Sequence record: MW812343.1
Length of the DNA stretch: 64,000 nt
Direction: 5' to 3' (one strand)
Below, piece by piece: positions 61,485 through 64,000 of this stretch (position 1 is its first letter; each line of letters opens with the position of its first letter). The notes below the pieces were generated by a model. That model saw only the letters and a program-made list of their open reading frames with translations. It did no database searches and was not told where the DNA came from. A program made the translations under genes and the position numbers.

Positions 61485-62984
61485 ATGGCAGGTCCAGCAA
61501 AACAAGTTATGGGTGAAGTGATTCGCCCACGCTTTAACGTCTATACCATCATGGATCACGCACTCGGTACGTACGTGAAAGGTGAAGACGGTCTCTACTA
61601 CCTGAACGGTGGTTTTGCCCACATCATGGGCTTTGCGGGTCGCGGTAACACCTTTAAGTCGACGCTGATGGATTTCTGTATCTTCCAGATGATGATACGC
61701 TACCGTGCTGCATGGGGGTCGAAGTTCGATACCGAAGTCTCCGCTGCGCTCGACCGTTTGGAACAGGGTTATATCTCTGCCCAAAACGCTAACGGTATTC
61801 ACGATGGGTCGTCTGTTCTGAGTCTTATCGAAGAAGAACGTTATAACCTCGTCGGTTCTGACGTGATGCCGGGTGAGGAGTATTACGCCAGTTATATCCG
61901 CGATGAAGTGGAAGGCCGCTTCAAAGCGTACATGGGCGGTAAGGGTGTGCGTGAAACGCCATTCCCTGATCCGGTGCGTAAACGCAATAAGACCATGAAT
62001 GACCCGTGGTATTATTCCATCGACTCCCTGTCTGAGTGGCACTCGTCTAAGATTGAAGACAAGCACTCTGAAACCAAGGTCGGTGACTCTGAGCAGAACG
62101 CCCTGAACATGCGTGACTCACTGGAGAAATCCAACATGATGTCTCGCTGGCCGTCTGCACTGGCGCGTGGTGGTTTCTTCTTAGCCTTCGTTGCACAGCT
62201 TGCCGATGATTCCGGTAAAGCGATGTCACAGGGTGGCAGCAAAGCGAAACCGGCTAACGCCAAACTGCTGGATGATGCAGGTGACGATCTGAAATTCGCC
62301 GGTATCCCACGTCGTCAGATTTCCTTCCTGACCAACTCCCTGCTGGTAGCCACCAAGTCCGGCGAGCTGAAACATGAAGGTAGCTACGACGCGAAGACGG
62401 GCGTCAACGAAGAGTTGTACCCAACCAAACGTTCGAAAGCAATGAACGCGTCGGTGAACGACCTGAAAGAAATCGTCTTCACGCAGTATCGCGCGAAGGG
62501 CGGCCATACCGGTGTGAAATTCCGTATGGTGTTCTCTCAGGAGATGGGTCTGCTGTATCACCTGTCACTGTGGCATTACCTCGATAAGGTACTGAAAACC
62601 GAATACGGTTACACCAGTGCCGGTTCCGGTGGTGCGATTAAAGAACTGGCAATTCTGCCGGGTCTCAAGTTCGGCCGTACCACGGTTCGTGACCTGTGTG
62701 ACGAGAACGTCCGTCTGCGTCGTGCGCTGGAAATTACAGCCGCGCTGGCGTACATGCAGAACAACTACCATCGTCTGGAAATGAAGTACCACATCTCTCC
62801 TCAGGAATTGTATGAGAAGATCAACGAGAAGTGGGACTGGGACGAGATTCTGGATAACACCGTTGAGTATTGGATGTTCAAAGACCAGGAAGTCAAAGGT
62901 GGTAAACGCACACTGACAGCAATGAGCTTGCTGGCAATGGCGGTGGATGGTCTGGAACCGAAGTTCTTAACCAAGAAAAAGTAA
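61485..62984 (+). CDS. uvsX: RecA/UvsX-like recombinase
   Basis: Walker A GRGNTFKST, DTE and Walker B SIDSLS; size and context match phiKZ-like UvsX. Confidence 0.85.
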   Translation: MAGPAKQVMGEVIRPRFNVYTIMDHALGTYVKGEDGLYYLNGGFAHIMGFAGRGNTFKSTLMDFCIFQMMIRYRAAWGSKFDTEVSAALDRLEQGYISAQNANGIHDGSSVLSLIEEERYNLVGSDVMPGEEYYASYIRDEVEGRFKAYMGGKGVRETPFPDPVRKRNKTMNDPWYYSIDSLSEWHSSKIEDKHSETKVGDSEQNALNMRDSLEKSNMMSRWPSALARGGFFLAFVAQLADDSGKAMSQGGSKAKPANAKLLDDAGDDLKFAGIPRRQISFLTNSLLVATKSGELKHEGSYDAKTGVNEELYPTKRSKAMNASVNDLKEIVFTQYRAKGGHTGVKFRMVFSQEMGLLYHLSLWHYLDKVLKTEYGYTSAGSGGAIKELAILPGLKFGRTTVRDLCDENVRLRRALEITAALAYMQNNYHRLEMKYHISPQELYEKINEKWDWDEILDNTVEYWMFKDQEVKGGKRTLTAMSLLAMAVDGLEPKFLTKKK

Positions 62985-63024
62985 TCTGTTGTGGCGGGGA
63001 AACCCGCCACTTGAGGAGCAACCC

Positions 63025-63306
63025 ATGCGTTATCAAACTGATATTGTTGAGCGGTTGCGTCAAGGTATTGCAGCAGTCAATCGAGATGTGAGTAATCAGC
63101 TGGTTGTTGAGCTGAGTAAACCACACCATAATCTCACTGACTTTGCCAAGTGTACGAATCAATTCTACACGAAGCTGCTCGGTGCCAATGGCGCGAACCA
63201 AAGCACGTTCAGTATTCCTGAGAATACGGACGCCATCCCTTTCTGGATTGAAGATCTGGAATCCGCTGTACTCCCTGTCCTGCGTGTTGCGGGGGCAATG
63301 AAATGA
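63025..63306 (+). CDS. Hypothetical protein
   Basis: ATG at 63025 after GAGGAG. Confidence 0.72.
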   Translation: MRYQTDIVERLRQGIAAVNRDVSNQLVVELSKPHHNLTDFAKCTNQFYTKLLGANGANQSTFSIPENTDAIPFWIEDLESAVLPVLRVAGAMK

Positions 63307-63971
63307 AATTAGATCCTGCACGCCGTAAGAAAGCCGAAGCATTTATTTATCAGCTATTAACACTCGTTGACCCGTCAGGGATTAATACCGCCGCCGCGAA
63401 AGCGTCGATTCCGGGGTTAAGCGATGAAGACTTTAATAAGCTGCGCCACGGCATTCCGATTTATAACCCGGCGGGCAGTAAGGTGCAAATCGACCACATG
63501 CGTAACGTCGAAATTTGTCGTGCGCTCGGGTTAGAGTTGTGCCAGCGTCTGTACTTTACGGAACCGAAGACGGGCTTATTGCACCGAACTCGTTGGCCGC
63601 ATATTGTCGTACCGCTTCCGGTACGTCGACAGACGCAGATGCGAGAAAAGAAAATTGCTGTTGCGAAGAACGACCGTGTTCGCGACAAACTCTCTGGCCA
63701 AGTGGTCGGCCCATCCAAAGCGTCTGGGGTATCGTTCCCTGAGTCGTACATTATGTTCTCGGATGGTCTGGACAATAGCTTGGAAGAGTTCTTGCATGCG
63801 CGTGGAGGTAATGAAGCACTGCAACGTGCGTTCTACCAATCCATCCGACAAACTGGCCAAGGCCGTATCAAGATACCCGGTGCCGAACGCACCTCCAGTA
63901 AAGCCACTCGTACGTGGAGTGCCTATTACAAAGCCATGGGTATCGGTAACAACATAGGTTCCCCGCAATGA
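63303..63971 (+). CDS. Virion RNA polymerase beta subunit, C-terminal part (phiKZ gp149-like)
   Basis: PLPVRRQTQ...KKIAV...D.LSGQV.G.SK...SFPE...LEEFLHARGG resembles the beta C-terminal RR.Q...Q...GE.E...L.E region. Confidence 0.78.
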   Translation: MKLDPARRKKAEAFIYQLLTLVDPSGINTAAAKASIPGLSDEDFNKLRHGIPIYNPAGSKVQIDHMRNVEICRALGLELCQRLYFTEPKTGLLHRTRWPHIVVPLPVRRQTQMREKKIAVAKNDRVRDKLSGQVVGPSKASGVSFPESYIMFSDGLDNSLEEFLHARGGNEALQRAFYQSIRQTGQGRIKIPGAERTSSKATRTWSAYYKAMGIGNNIGSPQ

Positions 63972-64000
63972 GAACAGGTCGTCGCTATCTGGTAGATATA
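63968..64000 (+). CDS. Possible 5' end of the next CDS (truncated by the window)
   Basis: ATGA overlap with the previous stop; MRTGRRYLVDI... Confidence 0.45.
   Translation, partial: MRTGRRYLVDI

Noticed and set aside
1-64000. tRNA, rRNA, CRISPR array, integrase, transposase, intron or intein, homing endonuclease
   Set aside because: No cloverleaf-sized intergenic space with T-loop/D-loop motifs, no regularly spaced repeats and no HNH, GIY-YIG, LAGLIDADG or intein motifs were noticed by eye. tRNAscan-SE and HMM scans were not run.

Overview
A 64-kb segment of a lytic jumbo myophage of the phiKZ-like (Chimalliviridae) group, most similar in organisation to the enterobacterial SPN3US/Erwinia-type phages. 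The group assignment is inferred from a split virion-RNAP beta C-terminal subunit, UvsX, RNase H, SbcC, gp131-like paralog families and a TATATTAC early-promoter core; no database search was run. Layout: 1-9.6 kb, modular virion/baseplate paralog arrays; 9.7-10.9 kb, DUF1353 plus GH108 endolysin; 11.0-16.3 kb, a terminator-bounded 8-gene RiPP-like cluster; 16.4-30.5 kb, four homologous tail-fibre-like genes; 30.5-33.5 kb, a virion protein, a DUF1471 protein and a central spike; 33.8-50.3 kb, a plus-strand accessory (probably early) region with SbcC, GNAT, macrodomain, ART-like, Tiki/ChaN-like, SLT, secreted and membrane proteins and an EF-Tu P-loop fragment; 50.3-64 kb, virion proteins, a candidate spanin pair, DEDD exonuclease, RNase H, UvsX and an RNAP subunit. 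The standout is the RiPP-like cluster: three Cys/Ser/Gly-rich CxxxC-repeat precursors, two radical SAM enzymes, a degenerate rSAM-barrel protein and a DUF4376-like protein. It has no protease, exporter or immunity gene, and all three leaders carry the trimeric coiled-coil motif R-h-x-x-h-E. This suggests radical-SAM-crosslinked peptides built into the virion tail fibre rather than a secreted bacteriocin (inference). No tRNA, rRNA, CRISPR array, integrase or homing endonuclease was recognised by eye.
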